DNA of 64,000 bases from Obrimoposthia wandeli (Eukaryota), in contig CDROCS010001028.1 in the NCBI GenBank assembly GCA_977020255.1, positions 1 through 64,000 on the forward strand. Direction: 5' to 3'. The translations under genes and the position numbers were made by a program. Positions 40,266-50,078 of this stretch are shown here, one piece after another. Each line of letters begins with the position of its first letter. Positions within the stretch are counted from its first letter, which is position 1. The notes beneath the pieces are model-generated. The model saw nothing but the letters and a program-made list of their open reading frames with translations. It was not told the origin of the DNA and ran no database searches.

Positions 40266-43121
40266 TTACGCTTTAGAGATTTTACATAGGGTTACTTTGG
40301 TTTCCTGCATTTGTGTTACAGGGTCATAACCGTATGTTGTTGCAGTGTTCGCCGATTCACCCGACACGTACGGTGCAGAGCCTTCAGGGTAGTTACCACG
40401 AAGATCTTCACCTTCAAAATAACCACCAAAGTGGAATGGAAGAAATGCTAAGCCCGGTTTTACACGACGAGTGACCATCGCTTTAACGTGAATACGGCCT
40501 TTCTCTGCACCTTCAACCCACACCATATCGCCATCGCGGAAACCAAGATCATTCGCATCTTTAGGATTTACTTCTACAAACATTTCTCGTTGTAGTTCAG
40601 CAAGCCAAGGGTTTGAACGGGTTTCATCGCCACCACCTTCGTATTCAACCAAACGACCGGATGTAAGAATCATTGGGTATTCACCCGATACATCTTTATC
40701 TTGAATCGACTTATAGAGTGTAGGTAGACGGAACATTGCTTTACTGTCATTCCACGTTGGATAGTCAGCAACCAAGTCACGACGTGGTGTGTATAGCGGC
40801 TCACGGTGAAGAGGCACTGCATCAGGGAATGTCCATACAACTGCACGTGCTTTTGCATTACCAAAAGGAATACAACCGTGTTTAATCGCAACACGTTGGA
40901 TACCACCAGAAACATCTGTTTTCCAGTTTTTACCTTCTGCTTTTGCTTTTTCTGCGTCGGTTAAATCATCCCACCAACCGAGTTGCTTCAATAGCTTATC
41001 GGTAAATTCAGGGAAACCGCCTTCAAGCTCACAACCCAAAGAATAACTATCAACAGCCAGTAAGCTTTCACCTTCACGTTCTACACCAAAGCGTGCACGG
41101 AAGTTACCACCGCCTTGCGCGACTGTTTTAGATGTGTCGTAAAGAATATGCGTACCAGGGTGCTTCATTTCTGGTGTACCCCAACATGGCCAAGGAAGGC
41201 CATAGGTTTCACCATCAGCAACGCCACCTTCACCTTCTAACGTTGTTTTGTGGAAGGTATGCCAGTTTTGTTGGTGCGCTTTAAGACGCTCAGGGCTTTG
41301 GCCTGTATAACCAATGGTCCACATACCTTTGTTATATTCACGGGTAATGTCTTCAATCACTGGAATATTATTTTCAACTTTAATGTGCTTAAAAAGCTGA
41401 TCAGATAAACCGAGTTTTTGCGATAATCTAAACATGATTTCATGATCAGGTTTAGATTCAAATAGCGGCTCAATAACCTGATCACGCCACTGAATAGAAC
41501 GGTTTGTTGCGGTTACAGAGCCTGTGGTTTCAAACTGTGTGGTTGCTGGTAGCAAATACACGTTATCGGTACGACCGTTCATAACGGCTGCAACACCTGG
41601 GTACGGATCGACGATAACCATCATATCCAGTTTACCCATTGCGATACGCATTTCAGGACCACGAGTTTGAGAGTTTACTGCGTGTCCCCAATAGAACATT
41701 GCTCGAATATTATCGTTTTGCTCAATGTTATCTTTGTTTTCCAGTACGCCATCGATCCAACGAGAAACAGGAATACCAGCATGGTTCATTGGCTTTTTAC
41801 CGCTGTAATCAGCTTGATCAAAACGGCCTTTTAGCCATTCGTAATCAACATCCCACACGCCTGCCCAGTGTTTCCATGCACCTTCAGAAAGGCCGTAGTA
41901 ACCCGGTAAGTTATCAGACAATACGCCAAAGTCAGTCGCACCTTGCACGTTATCGTGACCACGGAAGATATTAGCACCGCCACCTGATTTACCCATGTTG
42001 CCTAGAGCAAGCTCAAGAATACAGTAAGCACGTGTGTTGTTATTACCGGTTGTATGTTGAGTACCACCCATACACCACACTACACAACCAGGGCGATTTT
42101 CAGATAGCAGTTTTGCCGTTTCATAAACATCAGCTTCTGGCACCCCAGAAACACGTTCAACTTCAGCAGGTGTCCATTTTGCCACTTCTTTTCGTACGTC
42201 TTCCATGCCGTAAACACGTTGACGAATAAACTCTTTATCTTCCCAGCCATTTTTAAAGATGTGGTACAACACACCCCAAACGAAAGCAACATCAGAACCT
42301 GGACGTAAAGAAACATAGTGGTCAGATTTTGCAGCCGTACGTGTACGACGCGGATCGGCCACGACGATCTTACAACTGTTCTTTTCTTTTGCGATCAAGA
42401 TGTGCTGCATAGCAACAGGGTGTGCTTCAGCAGGGTTCGAACCGATAAATAGAATCGACTTACAGTTATGCATGTCGTTCAACGAGTTTGTCATGGCTCC
42501 GTAGCCCCACGTGTTTGCAACACCGGCTACTGTCGTCGAGTGACAAATACGTGCTTGGTGATCGACATTGTTAGTCCCCCACATCGACACCATTTTACGG
42601 AATAAATACGCTTGCTCGTTATTATGCTTAGCAGAGCCTAACCAATAAACAGAATCGGGGCCTGATTCTTCACGAATCTTAAGCACTTGTTTACTGATTT
42701 CGTCTAATGCTTGTTCCCAGCTCAGTTTGGTCCACTTGCCGTCAACCAACTTCATTGGGTATTTAATACGCTTAGCACCATGACCATGCTCACGCAGTGC
42801 TGCACCTTTTGCACAGTGACCGCCCGCATTGAATGGGTGATCAAAAGCAGGCTCTTGCCCTGTCCATACCCCTTCCTGTACTTCAGCATAAATGCCACAG
42901 CCAACAGAACAGTGCGAACAAATGGTACGTTTAATTTCAACTGGCGATGTAGGGTCGACAATCTTAGCTTCTGCTTTTTTCATCATGCCAGGCGCAAACA
43001 TGCTGGCACCAGCAACGCCACCAGCAGCGGCGAGTGACGTATTACGAATAAAGGAACGACGAGAAATACCTAATTGGTTTTCGTCCTTGCTGACATTATC
43101 GGAACGTTTTGTTAGTTTCAT
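40266..43121 (-). CDS. Formate dehydrogenase alpha subunit (Mo/W-bisPGD, Cys ligand, Tat-exported)
   Basis: SRRSF Tat motif, CSHCSVGC, RICHS, RGHDNVQG. Confidence 0.95.
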   Translation of the reverse strand: MKLTKRSDNVSKDENQLGISRRSFIRNTSLAAAGGVAGASMFAPGMMKKAEAKIVDPTSPVEIKRTICSHCSVGCGIYAEVQEGVWTGQEPAFDHPFNAGGHCAKGAALREHGHGAKRIKYPMKLVDGKWTKLSWEQALDEISKQVLKIREESGPDSVYWLGSAKHNNEQAYLFRKMVSMWGTNNVDHQARICHSTTVAGVANTWGYGAMTNSLNDMHNCKSILFIGSNPAEAHPVAMQHILIAKEKNSCKIVVADPRRTRTAAKSDHYVSLRPGSDVAFVWGVLYHIFKNGWEDKEFIRQRVYGMEDVRKEVAKWTPAEVERVSGVPEADVYETAKLLSENRPGCVVWCMGGTQHTTGNNNTRAYCILELALGNMGKSGGGANIFRGHDNVQGATDFGVLSDNLPGYYGLSEGAWKHWAGVWDVDYEWLKGRFDQADYSGKKPMNHAGIPVSRWIDGVLENKDNIEQNDNIRAMFYWGHAVNSQTRGPEMRIAMGKLDMMVIVDPYPGVAAVMNGRTDNVYLLPATTQFETTGSVTATNRSIQWRDQVIEPLFESKPDHEIMFRLSQKLGLSDQLFKHIKVENNIPVIEDITREYNKGMWTIGYTGQSPERLKAHQQNWHTFHKTTLEGEGGVADGETYGLPWPCWGTPEMKHPGTHILYDTSKTVAQGGGNFRARFGVEREGESLLAVDSYSLGCELEGGFPEFTDKLLKQLGWWDDLTDAEKAKAEGKNWKTDVSGGIQRVAIKHGCIPFGNAKARAVVWTFPDAVPLHREPLYTPRRDLVADYPTWNDSKAMFRLPTLYKSIQDKDVSGEYPMILTSGRLVEYEGGGDETRSNPWLAELQREMFVEVNPKDANDLGFRDGDMVWVEGAEKGRIHVKAMVTRRVKPGLAFLPFHFGGYFEGEDLRGNYPEGSAPYVSGESANTATTYGYDPVTQMQETKVTLCKISKA

Positions 43122-43133
43122 TTAAAGCTCCGC

Positions 43134-43337
43134 TTACAAGGTTTCGTAGTAATCACGAATATGCTGAGTTTCGTGATAGCCAGTAGTTTGGGTTTCTTTT
43201 TTGCTATCGTCTTGCTTATCAACCGCGGCATGAGCAGCCGTTGTTGTGCCAGCAGCAACGGCACTTGCAGCCATACCTAAGCCAATGTTTTTCAACAACT
43301 GGCGGCGGCTTTCATTAGGTTTTTTTTGCTCACTCAT
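43134..43337 (-). CDS. Small twin-arginine protein of fdh loci
   Basis: SRRQLL Tat motif, GYHETQHIRDYY. Confidence 0.85.
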   Translation of the reverse strand: MSEQKKPNESRRQLLKNIGLGMAASAVAAGTTTAAHAAVDKQDDSKKETQTTGYHETQHIRDYYETL

Positions 43338-43436
43338 AAAGCTTGCTCCTTCATCGTATTCTTCGATTCTCATAGGAAGTCGATTATTTTTTATAGCTAT
43401 AATTCGTTGCATCAATAAAAAGCGAATGCGTTAATC

Positions 43437-44060
43437 TTAGTTTGATTCTACGAACCGCGTTTTTTCTACCGTCAAAAATTGTACTGCTAGTTCACCAACC
43501 GCGCTGTAAAATACCGCACTTTTAGCACTTTTCAGATCAGCACAAAAACGTTCAAACCAAGTTCCAATATGACGATTAAAGAACCTTGCTTGCAGGGTGT
43601 TTTCGCCCTCTTCCACCAGCATCGCCATCACTTCTAACAAGGCCGCCATATGATCTTCAGGCTCTTTGACAGATTCATCACGTTCAAAACCCAGTTGTTT
43701 AAGATCGTGACGCAAATGCGCAAGAGGCATTTCCATTAATGAACCCGTTAGATACCAAGAACAAAAAGGCACAATTTCGCCACGACCAATACCAATGAAT
43801 AAATCTTGATATTCGTCTTCTGTCGCCATCAATGTTGTTTTCTGTGCTGCCAGTTTTAGTAATGGCCAAGCCGCAGCCATGCCTGTTGTTTGTTTTAATG
43901 CATTGGGAGCATCAACCTCTAACGCTGCCAACCAATCAATTACATTCTGATCGGGCGCTTTACGCAGTAGATGTGCCAACATGCTATAAATCTCAAGGCG
44001 TAACGTTGCATCTTCTGTTAGCGCGGTCGCTTCTGATGTAGACATATTTTGTGATTCCAT
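43437..44060 (-). CDS. TorD/DmsD-family chaperone
   Basis: SWYLTG, EPEDH. Confidence 0.9.
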   Translation of the reverse strand: MESQNMSTSEATALTEDATLRLEIYSMLAHLLRKAPDQNVIDWLAALEVDAPNALKQTTGMAAAWPLLKLAAQKTTLMATEDEYQDLFIGIGRGEIVPFCSWYLTGSLMEMPLAHLRHDLKQLGFERDESVKEPEDHMAALLEVMAMLVEEGENTLQARFFNRHIGTWFERFCADLKSAKSAVFYSAVGELAVQFLTVEKTRFVESN

Positions 44061-44069
44061 AAATTCGCC

Positions 44070-45815
44070 CTATACCCTTAGCTGACTTTCAGGATCGTCT
44101 TCCATGTTTGAAAAGATATCGCGCACACGGCAATCTTCACACATGGCTAAACGACGAATCGCATCCCCTTGAAATTGAGAATGACTCTGTAATTTCTCCG
44201 TCAACATTTTCACCATGGATGCAGGCGCAAACGCTTTACCACAACTTGTACAACAAGCCGCTTCTTCTTCATGAACCACAACAGCCGCTTTACGTGTTTC
44301 AGCATTCCAAGTAAAACCTGGCTTTAACGTAAGAACCTTTTCAGGACATGCCTTTTCACATAAGCCACATTGAATACAATCTTCTTCAATAAGTAGTAAT
44401 CCTGGACGACCACCCACAGCATGAAATGCACGCGTAGGACAAACCGCCACACAACTCATACACAATGTGCAATCATCTGTTTTACATTCAACAGAACCAT
44501 AAGGTGCATTGTCAGGCACCGCTGAATATTCAGGTTGTTCTGGGCTATTGGCATACAGTCGTTCAAGTGCTGCAAACAATTTCTCACGCTTAGTGCCTAA
44601 TAATTGTTCTGCAAATGTTTGAGGTTGTGTAACCGTAATAAGTGGTTTCTCAAATGCAGTAAATGAATCAGCCGTTGCTGGCTCACCTGTAGATAAGTCA
44701 ACCGTAGATAAATCAAACAACGTAATTCGATTTTCTTCATAACCCAGTGCCGTTAAAAAGTTATTGGCAATAGAAAGTTCATCAGCCAAAACACGATCAA
44801 TCGTTGCTGGAATATAAGCCGTATTAGTTGCAAGCAAAACTTGATGCGCACCATAAACCAATGCACTAAACCAAGTATCAACACCAACAGTCGCTAATTC
44901 TTCCAACGCAATAGGAACAACATTAGAAGGAAGTGTCGTCAGTCTTTGAGTAATGGTTTCTTCATCACGGTTACCATAAAAAAGGATAGTTGGCTTTTCA
45001 CCCCCTTCTTCTTGATAACGAGCAAGTAAACGATGCACAAAATTTTGCGTCTTTTCAGGATCAGGGAGTGCGTATGTAATCGCTTCAGTAGGACAAGCCG
45101 TTGCACATGTTCCTACCCCCTGACAAAGATAAGGGTTAATTTCGATAGCGTGACCAAGGCTTGATAAGGCACCAGCAGGACATGCATCAACACAACGATT
45201 ACAACCATTCACACCACGAGATGAGTGCGCACAAAGATCAGGGTCTAATCGAAAGTATTTAGGCTTATCAAACGTACCGAGCATAGTAGGCAGTTCTTCA
45301 ATCACATCGGCCAACTTCGCTTTACCTGCGCCAACAGGGTAATAACCCGGAGCCGGAATTTCAGTGGCTACAATCCCTTCTTCCGTCATGTCTAATACAA
45401 GATCAAAACAATCACGACCAATCGCCACTTTCGCAAGGTTGGCTTTCGTTTCTGTAATGGTTCCGTCTACACGACATGTCACTTCAAACGCGCCAAGGTA
45501 ACCTTTAACAGCAACCTCTTTACTGAAGTACAAATTTGCACATTTTTCAGCTTTCGTTGATTTTGATAATTCATCAATCGCAACGTTTTTCGTCACCGTT
45601 TTTTCTGTAGCAAGAAGCGTTACAGAGTGAAGGGCTGAAAATTGGTTTGCCAGTGTTGTAATCGAATCTTGAGTACCGATGATCAATAAATCACCACGAC
45701 TCTCATAAGAAACCGTAGGGGGAATCAAATTCGACAATTCTACTGTGCCTGTAATGGCATTCAGTCGAGCTTGACCATTCGTATCAGAAAATGCTTCTAG
45801 TGTACTTTTTAACAT
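44070..45815 (-). CDS. Multi-4Fe-4S protein of fdh loci
   Basis: CNRCVDAC, CTLCMSC, CIQCGLC, CTSC. Confidence 0.9.
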   Translation of the reverse strand: MLKSTLEAFSDTNGQARLNAITGTVELSNLIPPTVSYESRGDLLIIGTQDSITTLANQFSALHSVTLLATEKTVTKNVAIDELSKSTKAEKCANLYFSKEVAVKGYLGAFEVTCRVDGTITETKANLAKVAIGRDCFDLVLDMTEEGIVATEIPAPGYYPVGAGKAKLADVIEELPTMLGTFDKPKYFRLDPDLCAHSSRGVNGCNRCVDACPAGALSSLGHAIEINPYLCQGVGTCATACPTEAITYALPDPEKTQNFVHRLLARYQEEGGEKPTILFYGNRDEETITQRLTTLPSNVVPIALEELATVGVDTWFSALVYGAHQVLLATNTAYIPATIDRVLADELSIANNFLTALGYEENRITLFDLSTVDLSTGEPATADSFTAFEKPLITVTQPQTFAEQLLGTKREKLFAALERLYANSPEQPEYSAVPDNAPYGSVECKTDDCTLCMSCVAVCPTRAFHAVGGRPGLLLIEEDCIQCGLCEKACPEKVLTLKPGFTWNAETRKAAVVVHEEEAACCTSCGKAFAPASMVKMLTEKLQSHSQFQGDAIRRLAMCEDCRVRDIFSNMEDDPESQLRV

Positions 45816-45889
45816 TCTTATTCCTGTGTACTCGTCACCGTTAGTCAGTGTCGATTAAAGAACGGGATAAGTTCTTCTGCTCCTATAAG

Positions 45890-45905
45890 AGCAATAACCG
45901 AACCA
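45890..45905 (-). promoter_or_regulatory. Sigma54 promoter of the fdh operon
   Basis: - strand TGGTTCGGTTATTGCT, GG-N10-GC. Confidence 0.65.
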
Positions 45906-45950
45906 ACTTTTAACGGAATATAATGACCTATAAGGAACTAAAGTCGGAAA

Positions 45951-46021
45951 GGGACAGTTTGTACAACCTTAGTGGGGACATTTTGTCTCTTCGCTTGAAT
46001 GCAAATGCGTCAATTTGTCCC
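45951..46021. promoter_or_regulatory. Three GGGACA-containing motifs, candidate enhancer-binding-protein sites
   Basis: gggacagtttgtac (45951), gggacattttgtct (45975), inverted gtcaatttgtccc (46009-46021). Confidence 0.45.
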
Positions 46022-46136
46022 AATTAATTGTAGGGTTATTATTCCCTTAATGTCTCAACTGCCTTTCTTTAAGACTTTTTCGTTATTAATTTTTGTAAGT
46101 TTCTATCGCGACAAGTAAGTCTTCTTCTTTATCAAG

Positions 46137-46865
46137 CTAAGATAAAGAGGTAGGGATAGACTCACCAGCGCCTAATTCTTCTGTTTTCTCTTGTTCTTCT
46201 ACTATCTCTACTTGTAACGGCTCTTGAGACAGCTCTCGTGATAATGTGTCATCATCACCAGTCGAATTAAGATTTTCAGCTTCATCTTCTAACGCAGTAC
46301 TGACATCTGTAATAAGGTTTGCGTCAGTCAGATCACCACCAGCATTTTCTTTTCCACCATCTAATGCATCTGCTACTTTCTTAATACTTTCAGATACATC
46401 ATTCACCCAACCACGCAGTTGTTTTGCCACGCTAGGATCGAGTGTCGGAATATTAGAAAAATCCTCAGTGTGGTCATCCATATCACTGATGTAGTTAAAT
46501 TCATCAGAATGAAACAGTTTCTGCAAAGCTGCCTTTTTAACTGATTTATCAACACCTTGCTTTAAGAAAGAGGCGACACCACTATCAAACGTGACATCCG
46601 CTGCATCTTCTATCGTTAAGATCTTTTCTTCAACCGTCTCTGTAGGATCACTACGTTCAGGTTCAACATCCTTGGATTCAATTTCATTCGATGAATCATG
46701 AATACTGACCACTTGTGCCGTTTCAGTACTTGCCGTTATGGTAGATTCATCAATGTCAGATACATCTACATCAGGCACAACAGCATCATTGTTAGCTGGC
46801 TCTTTATGCTCTTCCTTGGCAGTCAATTTGCGGCTAGACCAACGTTGGAAAAAATTAGTTGCCAC
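46137..46865 (-). CDS. DUF3306-like protein
   Basis: FFQRWSSRK, KKAALQKLF...DDHTEDF. Confidence 0.8.
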   Translation of the reverse strand: MATNFFQRWSSRKLTAKEEHKEPANNDAVVPDVDVSDIDESTITASTETAQVVSIHDSSNEIESKDVEPERSDPTETVEEKILTIEDAADVTFDSGVASFLKQGVDKSVKKAALQKLFHSDEFNYISDMDDHTEDFSNIPTLDPSVAKQLRGWVNDVSESIKKVADALDGGKENAGGDLTDANLITDVSTALEDEAENLNSTGDDDTLSRELSQEPLQVEIVEEQEKTEELGAGESIPTSLS

Positions 46866-47337
46866 TAGAACGCCCTTTCTTGTCTTTACAGCGTTTACGC
46901 TTGAATTCAATTAACTCGCCATGTCGCCCGATGAATGCTTCCATCCACGCCTGTACAGGTAATGGCGCTTTGATGTGCAATACTTGGTAGTCACCGTCCA
47001 TATAACTACTGGCGACACTTTGCGCTGCAGTAATTAATAAGGGGGATAATTGTTCATTATCTTCTTCACAAACAATGAATAAATGGGGATCTTGAGAACT
47101 AAGGTTAAAGCGGTAATCTGTGCGTTCATCGCGATAAAGTGTGAGAAGTCGCTCATAACTGCCTTTGGATTCATCAATATCATGCACCCTGTCTTCATTG
47201 TAGAGAACAACATTTTCAATCGACCACGATAGTGTCGTCCAGCGACCTACTTGCTTTTCTTCAGACACTAAACGAAAGGCAATCGGCCAAATAGATGCAT
47301 CTTTTTGTAGTAGCTTATGTTCATCGAGTTGTTGCAC
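46855..47337 (-). CDS. DUF3305-like protein
   Basis: LYRDERTDYRFNL, FKRKR; paired with DUF3306 in fdh loci. Confidence 0.8.
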   Translation of the reverse strand: MQQLDEHKLLQKDASIWPIAFRLVSEEKQVGRWTTLSWSIENVVLYNEDRVHDIDESKGSYERLLTLYRDERTDYRFNLSSQDPHLFIVCEEDNEQLSPLLITAAQSVASSYMDGDYQVLHIKAPLPVQAWMEAFIGRHGELIEFKRKRCKDKKGRSSGN

Positions 47338-47394
47338 ACATGCTCCTTAATTCTTGTTTGTTATGTTCAACCGTGATTTTCTTCCATCGCAACT

Positions 47395-47456
47395 AAAGCA
47401 ATATTCAGATCAAGAAAGACAATATTTAGACCAAGAAAAGCAATATTTAGACCAAG
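47395..47456 (-). repeat. Three tandem 20-21 bp repeats, each a sigma54-promoter-like unit
   Basis: aaagcaatattcagatcaag / aaagacaatatttagaccaag / aaaagcaatatttagaccaag; - strand TTGGTCTAAATATTGCT in the distal copy. Confidence 0.75.
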
Positions 47457-47772
47457 TTGAATAATTATGAGAAATAAAGAACAAATCACCTTTAAGGAGG
47501 AGGTATCATCACAGAACAAAACCGTCTAAAAAAACGATCTCATCAACTTAAAAATGAAATCAGTAATAAAAAAGCGTTAAGTTGGAATGAACTTTGCTTT
47601 ATCTCTCGCTCTATCTATATTTCAGGTACTAAGCTCTATATAGCATAGTGTTAATGTGAGATATGGCGAGTTCGGTATTAAGAAATGGGTACCGCACCTA
47701 AAATGCTGCACCCTTAAAATACGAAAACATATAATCTGTTTACAAACATTGATGAACCAGCAGGATTTTCTG

Positions 47773-48666
47773 ATGCCCAAATTGCCAAAAATTATAAAAA
47801 CAAACTCTTCTGTCAGTCAGACAATGACCGTCGACGTGATGGATGAATACGGCGACATGATGACCAAAGAAATCGCCTGCGAGCACCCACTTACCGTGTA
47901 CTTGAATTGGATTGAAGTTGTTACCTTAATGACCTTAGGTGAGAGACCTTCAGCGCTGGTGTTGGGTTATTTAAAAAACCAAGGGTTTATTGACGATATT
48001 GAAGCCATAGAATCTGTCATTATTGATTGGGAAACCAACTCTGCCGCGGTCATTACCAAAGAAAGCACAGACGGATTAGAGAAGAAACTCGGCAAGAAAA
48101 CCGTTACCTCAGGCTGTGGTCAAGGCACTATGTTCGGCAACGTAATGAAGAAACTAGAAGGTGTTATATTGCCTCAGCCCACATTAACGCAGTCAACCTT
48201 ATACGGTTTACTTGAATCCCTTACTCATCATAACGAAACCTATAAGGCTGCAGGTGCTGTTCATGGATGCGCAGTATGTAAAGACACCCGTATTATATCT
48301 TTTGTTGAAGATGTAGGTCGTCATAACGCCGTTGATACCTTAGCCGGTGAGATGTGGTTAAAAGGTGAAACCGGTGAAGACAAGATATTTTATACGACAG
48401 GTCGTTTAACGTCAGAAATGGTAATCAAGGTCGCGCAAATGGGTATTCCTGTTCTGCTTTCTCGCTCTGGGGCAACTCAGATGGGCTACGACTTAGCGAA
48501 GACGTTGGGTATTACCATGATAGCCCGCGCGAAAGGAAATCGTTTCCAAGTCTATAACGGCATGGATAACCTGATTTTAGATGTGAAAGGTGATGCGTCA
48601 GGCTTTGACTTAGATGATAAAGCCAAAGGTACACATCGAGGTGATCGTTCTGGAGGAAAGGCATAA
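47773..48666 (+). CDS. fdhD: Formate dehydrogenase sulfurtransferase
   Basis: SGCGQG, GAVHG, EDVGRHNAVD, TGRLTSEMV. Confidence 0.93.
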   Translation: MPKLPKIIKTNSSVSQTMTVDVMDEYGDMMTKEIACEHPLTVYLNWIEVVTLMTLGERPSALVLGYLKNQGFIDDIEAIESVIIDWETNSAAVITKESTDGLEKKLGKKTVTSGCGQGTMFGNVMKKLEGVILPQPTLTQSTLYGLLESLTHHNETYKAAGAVHGCAVCKDTRIISFVEDVGRHNAVDTLAGEMWLKGETGEDKIFYTTGRLTSEMVIKVAQMGIPVLLSRSGATQMGYDLAKTLGITMIARAKGNRFQVYNGMDNLILDVKGDASGFDLDDKAKGTHRGDRSGGKA

Positions 48667-49580
48667 TGACCACCCGCTTTCCAGAATTTATGAATGCTAA
48701 ACAAGTCGCTGAATATTTAGATCTGAATGAAAAGAAAGTCTACTCTTTGGCAAACGATGCATTGTTACCGGCAACGAAAGTAACGGGTAAATGGCTATTC
48801 CCTAAATCAATGCTCGATAAATGGTTATTAGAATCTTGCCATAACGGAGTGTTAAACGATCGCTTATTAATTGCGGGATCGGATGACCCTCTCTTACAGA
48901 TGGTAGTGGGGAAAATGGCGAACCAATTAGGCAGTACCGCCTTAGTCGGCTATACCTCAACAGGTACTCGACAAGGGTTAGCCATGTTAAGTAAAGGCCA
49001 TGTAGATATATGCGCGATTCATTGGGGCCATGCGGAAGAAGCGGCTTTACGTCACCCTGCTCTATTACAACAATATCCGGGTCATAAAAACTGGGTGCTC
49101 ATCCATGCTTTCGAACGCCAACAAGGGTTAGTCGTTAGTCATGAAATCGCAGAAGCGGTTAACTCACGTTCATTAAACCCACAAGAATTACTCGCCTCAC
49201 GTTGGCGTTGGGCGTTACGTCAAGAAGGTGCCGGTAGTATGCGCGCCTTAGAAGAATGGTTACATGGCCATGCCTTTAATATCAGTATGCTAACAAAAGC
49301 GGATACATGTAACAGTGAACGTGAACTGGCTTCTTACATTGCACGCGGACTTGCAGACGTGGGCTGTGCAAGCCAGAGTACAGCAGGTGAATTCGGCTTA
49401 GGTTTTATACCTTTATGTAAAGAAGCATTTGAATTAGTAATACCTAAAAACATTTACTTTCGCACCTTACAGCAACAGCTAATGCAATCCTTATCTAACA
49501 TGGAAATACAAGCCAAGGGTGATCAACTGGGCGGTTATAACTTTGCACGCAGCGGTAAACAAGTATGGAGTGCTAACTAG
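48666..49580 (+). CDS. HTH_17 plus PBP-like (molybdate/tungstate-binding type) transcriptional regulator
   Basis: N-terminal MNAKQVAEYL...GKWLFP; GSDDP, RQEGAGS. Confidence 0.8.
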   Translation: MTTRFPEFMNAKQVAEYLDLNEKKVYSLANDALLPATKVTGKWLFPKSMLDKWLLESCHNGVLNDRLLIAGSDDPLLQMVVGKMANQLGSTALVGYTSTGTRQGLAMLSKGHVDICAIHWGHAEEAALRHPALLQQYPGHKNWVLIHAFERQQGLVVSHEIAEAVNSRSLNPQELLASRWRWALRQEGAGSMRALEEWLHGHAFNISMLTKADTCNSERELASYIARGLADVGCASQSTAGEFGLGFIPLCKEAFELVIPKNIYFRTLQQQLMQSLSNMEIQAKGDQLGGYNFARSGKQVWSAN

Positions 49581-49972
49581 CACAACGGATTACAGCTATT
49601 ATATTAAAGATCATAACATTAAGGATCAGAGCACGTATTTAACGCCTTCGTTCAAATATTCGCTCTGGTCACATAACAACAATGATTGCAATTATTACAA
49701 GCAACCTGTTATCACCCACCACAAAAAGCCATCATAAGCCAAAGCGCCGCCATTAATCCTTTACAAATGAAATCTTTTATTCTTTAGCACAATCACTTCG
49801 TTGTAAAAGCACGACATGACATTGTCGATCCATCATGATTACCAATACAAAAACTAATGCACTAAATGCGTTGATTTTACATCGCGTCACATCCCAAATG
49901 TGAGCAGTTACTCTAAATTGAAAGATTCCACTAAGGAATATCGATCTACTCGATATTTTTGGTTGCTCCTCT

Positions 49973-50001
49973 TTGAGAATTTACGCCACAAGTAGCATAA
50001 T
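49973..50001 (+). promoter_or_regulatory. Sigma70 promoter of the fatty acyl-CoA reductase operon
   Basis: TTGAGA-17 bp-CATAAT. Confidence 0.6.
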
Positions 50002-50006
50002 AAGAA

Positions 50007-50023
50007 TTCTCATCCGACCAGTC
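50007..50023. promoter_or_regulatory. FadR-like operator overlapping the predicted transcription start
   Basis: - strand GACTGGTCGGATGAGAA, compared with FadR consensus AACTGGTCnGACCAGTT. Confidence 0.65.
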
Positions 50024-50078
50024 TGGCTACTGTGAAGGATGACTTTATTTATAAAAAAAAACGCGTAAAGGAGTGGTC

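Noticed and set aside
42530-42560. Selenocysteine in formate dehydrogenase alpha
   Set aside because: The active-site motif is RICHS with a Cys codon and the ORF is uninterrupted.
47395-47456. CRISPR array
   Set aside because: Units are contiguous with no spacers, and there are no cas genes. No CRISPR array was seen anywhere in the window.
48666-49580. Excisionase suggesting a mobile element
   Set aside because: The HTH_17 is fused to a PBP-like domain and is coupled to fdhD; it is a regulator, with no integrase nearby.
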